From assembly GCA_031459625.1 (NCBI GenBank), contig JAVKIH010000002.1, positions 272,528 through 336,527 of the forward strand: a stretch of 64,000 nt of DNA. The letters run 5' to 3'. The position numbers were made by a program, and so were the translations under genes. This document shows, one piece after another, positions 30,186-38,235 of this stretch. Below the pieces are notes generated by a model, which saw only the letters and a list, made by a program, of their open reading frames with translations, was not told where the DNA came from and did not search any database. This stretch comes from Candidatus Geohabitans tengchongensis. GTDB taxonomy: Bacteria; Sysuimicrobiota; Sysuimicrobiia; Sysuimicrobiales; Humicultoraceae. How positions within the stretch are numbered: position 1 is the stretch's first letter; each line of letters begins with the position of its first letter.

Positions 30186-31286
30186 TCACAGGATGGCCAT
30201 GGTCGTCTGCGGGTTGAAGAGGTGCATCTTGCGCATGTTGAAGACGATCTCCGCCGGGCGGCCCATCTGCGCCTGGCTGTGCGCGTCCACCCGCGCGATC
30301 ACCTGCTGGTCGCCCACCGTCACGTAGAGGATGATGTCCGACCCCAGCGGTTCGTGGACGTCCACCATCCCCCGCACCGTCCACTCGGGCGGCGCGTCAG
30401 GCTGCAGCGCCCGGTCGCCGATGTCCTCGGGCCGGATGCCGAAGACCACCTCCTGTCCCAGCCACTCCCGCACGTGCGGCGTCAGGTCGGCCGGGACTGG
30501 CAGGCGCAGCCCGTTCGCCGCCACCTCCACGCGCCCGTTGCGGTCCTCCAGCCGCGCCCGCAGGAAGTTCATCGAGGGGCTGCCGATGAAACCGGCCACG
30601 AAGAGGTTGGCCGGGCGCTCGTAGAGGTTGAGCGGGGTGTCCACCTGCTGCACCACCCCCTCGTTCAGCACCACGATCCGGTCGCCCATGGTCATGGCCT
30701 CCACCTGGTCGTGGGTGACGTAGACGGTCGTCGTCTGCAACCGGGCGTGCAGCTTCTTGATTTCCGCGCGCGTGTGTACGCGCAGCTTGGCGTCCAGGTT
30801 GCTGAGCGGCTCGTCCATGAGGAAGACCTGCGGGTCGCGCACGATGGCCCGCCCCAGGGCGACGCGCTGGCGCTGGCCGCCGGAGAGCTGCTTGGGCTTC
30901 CGGTGGAGCAGGCCCTCGATCCCCAGCAGCGCCGCCGCCTCGCGCACCCGGCGGTCGATCTCCGCCTTCGGGTACTTGCGCAGGCGCAGCCCGAAGGCCA
31001 TGTTGTCGTAGACCGACATGTGCGGGTAGAGCGCGTAGTTCTGGAAGACCATGGCGATGTCGCGGTCCTTGGGCGGGACGTCGTTCACCAGGCGGTTGCC
31101 GATGTAGATGTTGCCCTCGGTGAGCTCCTCCAGGCCGGCGATCAGGCGCAGACAGGTCGTCTTGCCGCACCCGGACGGCCCGACGAGCACCGTGAACTCC
31201 TTGTCCGGGATCTCCAGCGTGACGCGGTTGACGGCCGTGACGTTGCCGAACCGCTTGACCACGTTCTCGAGCCGCACCTCTGCCAC
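30186..31286 (-). CDS. Sugar ABC transporter ATPase (MsmX/MalK/UgpC type), stand-alone
   Basis: GPSGCGKT, FQNYALYPHM, LSGGQRQR, DEPLSNLD, TOBE domain. Confidence 0.95.
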   Translation of the reverse strand: MAEVRLENVVKRFGNVTAVNRVTLEIPDKEFTVLVGPSGCGKTTCLRLIAGLEELTEGNIYIGNRLVNDVPPKDRDIAMVFQNYALYPHMSVYDNMAFGLRLRKYPKAEIDRRVREAAALLGIEGLLHRKPKQLSGGQRQRVALGRAIVRDPQVFLMDEPLSNLDAKLRVHTRAEIKKLHARLQTTTVYVTHDQVEAMTMGDRIVVLNEGVVQQVDTPLNLYERPANLFVAGFIGSPSMNFLRARLEDRNGRVEVAANGLRLPVPADLTPHVREWLGQEVVFGIRPEDIGDRALQPDAPPEWTVRGMVDVHEPLGSDIILYVTVGDQQVIARVDAHSQAQMGRPAEIVFNMRKMHLFNPQTTMAIL

Positions 31287-31320
31287 CGATCCTCACCTGC
31301 CTCCGTGCCTGCCCGGGATC

Positions 31321-32385
31321 CTAGTGAGGAGTTCCACTCAACCGCCGCTTTACCTCGTCGATAACGGGGACCGGCATGGGGTCGACCCCCCGGAGCAGGG
31401 CCAGGTAGACGCTGGTGAAGTCTCCCAGGAGGACCAGGGAGAGGAGGCGGCTCAGCCGCCCGTCGCCCCGGGCCACCACCTCCTCGACCGCCGCCGCGCC
31501 GGCAAACGCCACCTCCCGGGTCGCCCCGATCCGCTGGCGCCGCTCGTCGGGCTCGTCGGGTTCGCGAAGGAGGACTACCACCGTCCGTCCCGCCGCCGCC
31601 CCGTCCGTCCAGCCCACCGTCTCGTTGTGGCTCGCCTCCGGGAACGCTCCCCAGTGGGCCAGGGTCTTCGCGTTCTCGTTGAACTGGCACTTCCACCGAT
31701 AGGCCACCGCGCCGAGAGCCGACGAGGCCCCGTACACCGCCGGCGTGCGCTCCCCCAGGGTGGCGGCCAGCCGCTTGGCCGGGTTGCGCGCCAGCGGCAC
31801 CTCCGGCCCCAGCTCCGCCGCCAGGTCCCGGAGCACCGCGGCGGCCTCGCGCCACTCCCCGCTCAACTCCCCCAGGTGGGTCAGCCGCCGCAGGGCGCTC
31901 ACCATCGGCAGGAAGAGGTAAGGCAGCGCCGCGCGCGGCGGCAGGCCGGCGGGGACGCGCACCAGCGGGTCGCCGTGACGCTCCGCCTCGGCGGCCAGCG
32001 TGCCCCCGGAGGTGATGACGATGGCGGGCGCCCGAGCCGCCTTGGCCGCGCGGTAGGCGGCCAGCGTCTCCGCCGTCTCGCCGGAGTAGGAGCAGGCGAA
32101 GAGCAGGGTCTGCGGCCCCACCGCGGCCGGTAGCACGCTGTCCTTCACGACCACGACGGGCACGGGAAAGGTGGGCGCCAGCAGGGCGGCCAGCAGGTCC
32201 CCGCCCACGCCCGAACCGCCCATCCCCAGCACGGCCACGGCAGTGGACTCCAGCGCGGCCGGCAGGCGGAGCCGCATCCCCAACAGCCACGCCTCCTCCC
32301 CCATGGCCGGGAAGCGGGCCACGAGCCCCACCATGCCGCCGGGGTCGCGCCACCGGTAGGTCGCGGGGTCGTCCAGCGGGTGCAT
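31321..32385 (-). CDS. Bifunctional phosphoglucose/phosphomannose isomerase (SIS)
   Basis: GMGGSG, SYSGETAET, PPRAA, RWKCQFNENAK, PEASHNE. Confidence 0.9.
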   Translation of the reverse strand: MHPLDDPATYRWRDPGGMVGLVARFPAMGEEAWLLGMRLRLPAALESTAVAVLGMGGSGVGGDLLAALLAPTFPVPVVVVKDSVLPAAVGPQTLLFACSYSGETAETLAAYRAAKAARAPAIVITSGGTLAAEAERHGDPLVRVPAGLPPRAALPYLFLPMVSALRRLTHLGELSGEWREAAAVLRDLAAELGPEVPLARNPAKRLAATLGERTPAVYGASSALGAVAYRWKCQFNENAKTLAHWGAFPEASHNETVGWTDGAAAGRTVVVLLREPDEPDERRQRIGATREVAFAGAAAVEEVVARGDGRLSRLLSLVLLGDFTSVYLALLRGVDPMPVPVIDEVKRRLSGTPH

Positions 32386-32407
32386 GCCACCAGGTATTAT
32401 AGGGACA
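32386..32407. promoter_or_regulatory. Overlapping bidirectional -10 elements (TATTATA)
   Basis: 22-bp gap between divergent ATGs; TATTAT (+, 32395-32400) and TATAAT (-, 32396-32401). Confidence 0.65.
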
Positions 32408-32704
32408 ATGCCGAGCCACACCGAGGTGCGCCGCCTCCTGGACCTGCGCCGTCGTCTGCGCACGGCCCTGCCCCACCTCTCCCCGCGGCGGCGTGCCGCC
32501 CTCCTGCACGAGATCGCCGAGACCCGCCGCCGGCTCGTCCCCGGCGTCCACGACCCCTTCCCCGAGCTGACGCCGGGCGAGGTGCAGCGGGAGCTGCGCT
32601 GGATGATCAACACCCTCTCGCTGACCGAGGCCGAGCTGGCGGTCCAGGCCCTGGAGCGGCTGCAGCGCCTCCCCGTCGGCCGGGTGGCGCGCGCGGCGCC
32701 GTGA
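32408..32704 (+). CDS. Hypothetical helical protein
   Basis: Genome-typical codon usage; lies directly before the epimerase gene. Confidence 0.7.
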   Translation: MPSHTEVRRLLDLRRRLRTALPHLSPRRRAALLHEIAETRRRLVPGVHDPFPELTPGEVQRELRWMINTLSLTEAELAVQALERLQRLPVGRVARAAP

Positions 32705-32714
32705 CGGGCCCGGC

Positions 32715-33653
32715 GTGAAGGTCCTCGTCACCGGGGGAGCCGGCTTCATCGGTTCGCACGTCGTCGCGGCCTACCGGGCCGCCGGGCACGACGTGGCGGT
32801 GGTGGACACGCTGGTGACCGGCCGCGCCGAGCACCTCCCCGACGGGGTCCGGCTCTACCGCGTCGACATCACCGACCCGGGCCTCGACGAGGTCTTCGCG
32901 CGAGAACGGCCGGAGGTGGTCAACCACCACGCCGCCCGGGCCTCCGTCACCGCGTCGGTGCGCGACCCGGCCGCGGACGCCCGGGTGAACGTGCTGGGGA
33001 CCATCAACGTCCTGGAGCAGGCCCGCCGCGCCGGGGTGCGCCGTTTCCTCTTCGCCTCCACCGGCGGAGCGCTGTACGGCGAGCCGGAGGCCATCCCGGT
33101 GGGGCTCGACCACCCCGTCCGCCCCCTCAGCCCCTACGGCGCCGCCAAGGCCGCCGCCGAGACCTACGTGGCGCTGTACGAACGGCTCTTCGGCTTGCCG
33201 GCGGTGATCCTGCGCTACGCCAACGTCTACGGCCCGCACCAGGACCCGCATGGGGAAGCCGGGGTGGTGGCCATCTTCGCCGAAGCGATGCTGGCCGGCC
33301 GCGCCCCCACCATCCACGGCGACGGGACGCAGACCCGCGACTTCGTCTACGTCGAAGATGTGGCCCGCCTCAACGTGCTCGTCACGGAGCGGGCGCTCGC
33401 AGGAGTCTTCCACGTGGCCACCGGGGTCGAGGTGAGGGTGAACGAGATCCACGAGCGCCTCGCCGCCCTCACCGGCTACGCCGGGGCGCCGCAGCACGGC
33501 CCGCCGCGGCCGGGCGAGGTCTACCGCATCGCCCTCGACCCGTCCGAGACGGTCCGGCGCCTGGGGTGGCGCGCCGCGGTCTCGCTGGAGGAGGGGTTGC
33601 GGCGCACGGTGGAGTGGTTCCGGGCGCGGGCTGCACCCGGCCATGCCCGGTGA
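32715..33653 (+). CDS. NAD-dependent epimerase/dehydratase (UDP-glucose 4-epimerase-like)
   Basis: TGGAGFIG, STGGALYG, YGAAK, RYANVYGP, RDFVYV. Confidence 0.92.
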   Translation: MKVLVTGGAGFIGSHVVAAYRAAGHDVAVVDTLVTGRAEHLPDGVRLYRVDITDPGLDEVFARERPEVVNHHAARASVTASVRDPAADARVNVLGTINVLEQARRAGVRRFLFASTGGALYGEPEAIPVGLDHPVRPLSPYGAAKAAAETYVALYERLFGLPAVILRYANVYGPHQDPHGEAGVVAIFAEAMLAGRAPTIHGDGTQTRDFVYVEDVARLNVLVTERALAGVFHVATGVEVRVNEIHERLAALTGYAGAPQHGPPRPGEVYRIALDPSETVRRLGWRAAVSLEEGLRRTVEWFRARAAPGHAR

Positions 33654-35811
33654 GACCGCCGACCTCGTCCGCCTCGCGGTCCACTGCGGCGTCCTGCCCG
33701 CCTACGTCGACGCGTCCGGGCGTCGCCGCGTCGTCCCCCGCGAGACCCTCCTCCAGGTCCTGCGGATCCTGGGCGCTCCGCTCACGCGCGCGGCGGAGGC
33801 CTCCGAGGCGCTGCGCGCGGTCGGCAGCCAGGCGGCCGCGCGCCTGTGCGAACCCGTGCTCGTCGCCTGGGCAGGGCGGCTGCGGGTGACGGTGGCTGGC
33901 GATGGGGGCGGCAGGGCGGGCGGTGGGGGCGCGCGCGGTGGGGAGTGGCACCTCGAGCTCGAAGACGGTGGGCGGCTCGAGGGACGCGTGGAGGGAGGCC
34001 GGCCGCTGCTCCTGGAACACCTGCCCACCGGCTACCACCACCTCCGCCTGCAGGTCGGGCGGCGCCGGGGAGCGGCGCTCGTCATCGCCGCCCCCCGGCG
34101 CGTGTGGACCTTTCCACCGCAGACGCGCCTGTGGGGCGTCTTCGTCCCGCTGTACGCCCTGTGGTCCGCCCGCGAACCGGTGGCGCACGTCGGAGGGCTG
34201 GGGGCGGTCCTCGAGTGGGTGAACGGCCTCGGCGGAGGTGTCGTGGCCACCCTCCCGCTGCTGGCCGCCTTCCTCGACGAGCCCTTCGAGCCGAGCCCCT
34301 ATGCACCGGTCAGCCGGCTCTGCTGGAACGAGCTGTACGTCGACGTCGCCCGCGCGCCGGAGCTGGCCGGGTGCGCCGAGGCGCAAGAGCACCTGCGCCG
34401 GCGGCGTCCTGCGACGGGGCGCCTCGTCGACCTCCCGGCGGAAATGGCGGCGCAGCGTGCGGTCCTGCAGGCACTGGCCCGGTGCGCCTTCGCCGACCCG
34501 AGCCGCCGCGAGATGCTGGAGGCGTGGGCGCGGGGCCACCCCGTCCTGGCCGATTACGCCCGCTTCCGCGCCGCCCTGGAGCGGCAGCGACGTCCCTGGC
34601 GGGAGTGGCCGGCGCCGCTGCGCGACGGCACCGTGCGGCCGGGCGACCACGACGAGGCCGCCTACCACACCTACCTCTACGCGCAGTGGCTGGCCGAGAC
34701 CCAGATCGCCGCCCTGGCCCGCCGCGCCCGAGAGCGCGGCCCCGGCCTCTACCTCGACCTGCCGCTGGGCGTCCACCCGGACGGGTACGACGTCTGGCGG
34801 GAACGCGAGGTCTTCGCCGTGGGGGTCTCGGGCGGCGCGCCCCCGGATCCCTTCTTCACGCGCGGTCAGGTCTGGGGCTTCCCGCCGCTGCATCCGGTGC
34901 GGCTGCGCGCCCAAGGCTACCGGTACCTGGTGGCCGTGCTGCGCCACCACCTGCGCCATGCCGGGCTGCTGCGCATCGACCACGTCATGGCCCTGCACCG
35001 CCTCTTCTGGGTGCCCGAAGGGATGGAGGCGCGCGACGGAGCCTACGTGCGCTACCCGGCCGAGGAGTTGTACGCGCTGCTCTCGGTGGAGTCGCACCGC
35101 CACCGCGTCGCCATTGCGGGTGAGGACCTGGGGACGGTCCCGGGCTACATCCGGAGGGCGATGCGGCGCCACGGCCTGTACGGGATGTACGTGGCGCAGT
35201 ACGAGGCCCGGCCTGCAACGCCGCCTCTGCCGCCCGTCCCGCCGCACGCCCTGGCCGGCGTGAACACCCACGACATGCCGACCTTTGCGGCGTTCTGGGC
35301 CGGACGGGACATCGCCGACCGGCAGGCCCTCGGGCTGCTCGACGCCGAGGGGGTGCGGCGGGAGCGCGAGCGGCGGGAGGCGCTGCGCCGGCACCTGGTG
35401 GCCTTCCTCCGCCGCGGCGGCTGGCTCGGGGCGGCGCCGGCGCGTCAGGCCTGGAAGGCAGGCGGGGGCACGGTGGACAGGGCCCGGACGGTGCTCCACG
35501 GAGTGCTGCGGTGGCTGGCCGCCTCCCCGGCGCACCTCCTCCTGGTCACGCTGGAGGACCTGTGGCTGGAGCGGGACCCGCAGAACGTCCCGGGGACGGG
35601 CCCGGAGCGCCCCAACTGGCGGCGCCGGCTGCGCTATCCGGCGGAGCGGTTCACGCGGCTGCCGTCGGTCGTGGCGATCCTGCAGGAGATCGACCGGATG
35701 CGCCGTGCCGCGCGCGACGTGGACGCCCGCCCGGTCATTCGCCGATGGACGGCGGCGGCCCCAGCGGAGGCGGGGTCACCTCGCCGGGCCGGTAGGGGAG
35801 AGTCCCCTTGA
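33643..35811 (+). CDS. malQ: 4-alpha-glucanotransferase (GH77)
   Basis: SPYAP.SR, YLDLPLG, GAPPD, LRIDHVM, AGEDLG, NTHDMP, QNVPGT..NWRR. Confidence 0.93.
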   Translation: MPGETADLVRLAVHCGVLPAYVDASGRRRVVPRETLLQVLRILGAPLTRAAEASEALRAVGSQAAARLCEPVLVAWAGRLRVTVAGDGGGRAGGGGARGGEWHLELEDGGRLEGRVEGGRPLLLEHLPTGYHHLRLQVGRRRGAALVIAAPRRVWTFPPQTRLWGVFVPLYALWSAREPVAHVGGLGAVLEWVNGLGGGVVATLPLLAAFLDEPFEPSPYAPVSRLCWNELYVDVARAPELAGCAEAQEHLRRRRPATGRLVDLPAEMAAQRAVLQALARCAFADPSRREMLEAWARGHPVLADYARFRAALERQRRPWREWPAPLRDGTVRPGDHDEAAYHTYLYAQWLAETQIAALARRARERGPGLYLDLPLGVHPDGYDVWREREVFAVGVSGGAPPDPFFTRGQVWGFPPLHPVRLRAQGYRYLVAVLRHHLRHAGLLRIDHVMALHRLFWVPEGMEARDGAYVRYPAEELYALLSVESHRHRVAIAGEDLGTVPGYIRRAMRRHGLYGMYVAQYEARPATPPLPPVPPHALAGVNTHDMPTFAAFWAGRDIADRQALGLLDAEGVRRERERREALRRHLVAFLRRGGWLGAAPARQAWKAGGGTVDRARTVLHGVLRWLAASPAHLLLVTLEDLWLERDPQNVPGTGPERPNWRRRLRYPAERFTRLPSVVAILQEIDRMRRAARDVDARPVIRRWTAAAPAEAGSPRRAGRGESP

Positions 35812-36316
35812 AGACGGCGATGGCCTGGATCAGCGCCGTCTGATTGTCGCCGTACACGACGCGGAAGGCGATACCGAGCCCCGTGTAGCGCAGCCACTCG
35901 CCGCGGACGTCCCCGGCAGGGCTGGCGAGGACCTGGTCGGGACGGCCGTAGGCGCGCCAGACCAGCAGCGGGGTGATACCGACGGTGACGAGCTCGGGCG
36001 TCTTGTAGGCGCCGCCGCAGTTCGTCTCCAGTCGGTCGGCCACCCGGGCGGCGAAGAAGACGCGCACGACGCAGCCCAGCCGCAGGGGGACCGCGGCCAC
36101 CTGCGCCATGGTCATCCCCAGCCGATAGGGACCGATGCGCTGACCGGGGATGATCCAGGAATCCCCGGCGGGTCCTCCCGAAGTACTCGTCCCGGGCGCG
36201 CTCCCTGGAGCCGGCGCTGCGCCCGCAGCTGCAGGCGCCACTGCAGGCATCATGAGGAAGCTCGCCGCCAGCACGGCGACGAGCCGGGCTGCGCGGCCGC
36301 GCCTCCACACCGGCAT
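35735..36316 (-). CDS. Hypothetical secreted protein
   Basis: Signal-peptide-like N-terminus, IIPGQRIGPYRLGMT, AYGRPD, LRYTGLGIAF; start uncertain. Confidence 0.6.
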   Translation of the reverse strand: MPVWRRGRAARLVAVLAASFLMMPAVAPAAAGAAPAPGSAPGTSTSGGPAGDSWIIPGQRIGPYRLGMTMAQVAAVPLRLGCVVRVFFAARVADRLETNCGGAYKTPELVTVGITPLLVWRAYGRPDQVLASPAGDVRGEWLRYTGLGIAFRVVYGDNQTALIQAIAVFKGTLPYRPGEVTPPPLGPPPSIGE

Positions 36317-36332
36317 CCCGGAGGAATCCACG

Positions 36333-37613
36333 GTGCACCCGTTCTCCGCCCAGTCGTCCTCCCCTGCCGTCCAGCGGCCCGCCGGTCGGGCGCCCTGGGG
36401 GTGGCTCGCCCTCCTCTGCGCGGCCGAGCTGGGGACGATGGTCACCTTCGCCAGCTACACCGCAGCCCAGCCGCTGCTGCAGCAGGCCTGGGGGCTGAAC
36501 GCCGCCCAGGCGGGAGCGATCTTTGCCGCGCAGCAGGCCGGGTACACGGTCGCGGTGGTGGCGCTCAGCTCGCTCACCGACGTGGCGGGGGTCCGACGCG
36601 TCTACCTGGCCTCGGCTGCCTGGAACGCCGTGGCCGCGGCGCTCTTCAGTCTGGGGGCTTCGGGGTTCCCCTCGGCGCTGTTCCTGCGCGCGCTGGTCGG
36701 CGTCGGGCTGGCCGGCACCTACATGCCCGGCATGCGTCTGGTGGCGGAGACCTTCCCCCCACACCGCCGCGCCACGGCGCTCGGCCTCTACGTCGCCTGC
36801 TTCGGCGCGGGGACGGGTCTGTCGCTCTTCGTCTCCGGCGTGCTGCTGCCGCTCGGGGTGCGCCGGATGCTCCTCCTCACCGCCCTGGGTCCCGCCCTCG
36901 CGCTGCTGCTGGCCTGGGGGGCGGTGCGCGACCCGGTGCGGGGGGTCTCGCCGCGGCGCCCGCCCTTCCGCGCGGCGCTGCGCAACGCGGCGGCGCTGCG
37001 CTACATCGGAGCGTATGCCGCCCACAACTGGGAGCTGTTCGGGATGCGCGCCTGGATCCCCGTCTACCTGGCGGCGCTGTGGACAGCGCAGGGCCTTCCG
37101 CTGCCCGATGCCTCCCGACTGGCCACATCGGTAGGCAGCGCGGTGCTGCTGGCGGGTGCCATCAGCAACGCCGCGGGCGGCTGGGTGGGCGACCGGCTGG
37201 GCCGGCAGGCCACCGTCGTCCTGATCCTCTCCGCCTCGGCGGCCTGCTCGGCGGTGATCGGCTGGTTGCTGCCGCTCGGTCCGCGCGTCGTCCTGCCCGT
37301 GGCCGTCGTCTACGGGCTGCTGGTCACGGCCGAGTCTTCGACGCTCTCCAGCGCGGTGGCGGAGCACGCCCCGGTGGGGGCGCTCGGCACCACCATGGCG
37401 GTGCAGTCCTCGCTGGGGTTCATCGCCACGATCCTCGGGCCGGCGCTCTTCGGCCTCCTGCTCGACCGCACAGGGTGGGGGTGGGCCTTCCTCTCGCTGG
37501 CTGTCCCCCCGCTCCTGGGCGCGGCGCTGGTCGGCGCGGCCCGCCCATCCCGAGGACCGGCCGCCGCAGCTCGGCCCGGCCCAGGCCGACCCGACGCGGC
37601 GCGATCGCACTAG
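36333..37613 (+). CDS. MFS transporter
   Basis: Hydrophobic helices, LAGTYMPGM, HNWELFGMRAW, GDRLGR; GGAGG precedes GTG 36333. Confidence 0.88.
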   Translation: MHPFSAQSSSPAVQRPAGRAPWGWLALLCAAELGTMVTFASYTAAQPLLQQAWGLNAAQAGAIFAAQQAGYTVAVVALSSLTDVAGVRRVYLASAAWNAVAAALFSLGASGFPSALFLRALVGVGLAGTYMPGMRLVAETFPPHRRATALGLYVACFGAGTGLSLFVSGVLLPLGVRRMLLLTALGPALALLLAWGAVRDPVRGVSPRRPPFRAALRNAAALRYIGAYAAHNWELFGMRAWIPVYLAALWTAQGLPLPDASRLATSVGSAVLLAGAISNAAGGWVGDRLGRQATVVLILSASAACSAVIGWLLPLGPRVVLPVAVVYGLLVTAESSTLSSAVAEHAPVGALGTTMAVQSSLGFIATILGPALFGLLLDRTGWGWAFLSLAVPPLLGAALVGAARPSRGPAAAARPGPGRPDAARSH

Positions 37614-37749
37614 TTTAGTTAGCTCAGAGGCCGCTGCATGAGAACCCATCGAACGAGGCCATGTTGAGGAGCACGTCGTCCACGACAGCAGCGAGGTAGG
37701 TTACTGATAGATTCGCTATCGGTCCGCGGCAGGCGCTCCTGACCATTCG

Positions 37750-38040
37750 CTACGATTGAAGTCTCCGCACAACCCTCCGGAATTCCCGTCGCCATTCAGC
37801 AAGCGACCGGCGGGATCCGGCCATCTCACTGAGGAGGTCGTCGAGGAACCACTGTCGCGTAACTCGATGGCGTGGAAAGTCAATCCCCACAGCCTTGATT
37901 GAATAGTAATCAGAATAGTCTAGGAAGACGTAGCCGAGTAGTTGCCATAGATGTTCCTGCTTCACTGGTCGTTGCATCCTGGTGCGAAGTGTGGTAACGA
38001 GCTGTGGGCAGAGGACATGCTCCCTTTTCGTAAGTGACAT
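37750..38040 (-). CDS. Hypothetical protein in an AT-richer patch
   Basis: 96-aa ORF with many A/T-ending codons, unlike its neighbours. Confidence 0.45.
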   Translation of the reverse strand: MSLTKREHVLCPQLVTTLRTRMQRPVKQEHLWQLLGYVFLDYSDYYSIKAVGIDFPRHRVTRQWFLDDLLSEMAGSRRSLAEWRREFRRVVRRLQS

Positions 38041-38077
38041 GACCGGTCTCGACTCGTAAATCAGACAGCCCCGGGGC

Positions 38078-38230
38078 TCATTCTTGTCTATCTACCCGCT
38101 CTCGGTTCAGCACCGTGGGATGTCCCAGTACTTCCAGCCGTCGACGTTGAGCCACCGGTACCGCCACCCGCCCCAGGTGCCCCAGGAGCCGTACACGCCG
38201 GCGTCTGCCGCCCGGAGCGTCTGGGGAGGA
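38078..38230 (-). pseudogene. Frameshifted gene remnant
   Basis: GVYGSWGTWGGWRYRWLNVDGWKYWDI continues as TVLNRERVDRQE* only after a 1-nt frameshift; no convincing start or SD. Confidence 0.4.
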
Positions 38231-38235
38231 AGCGC

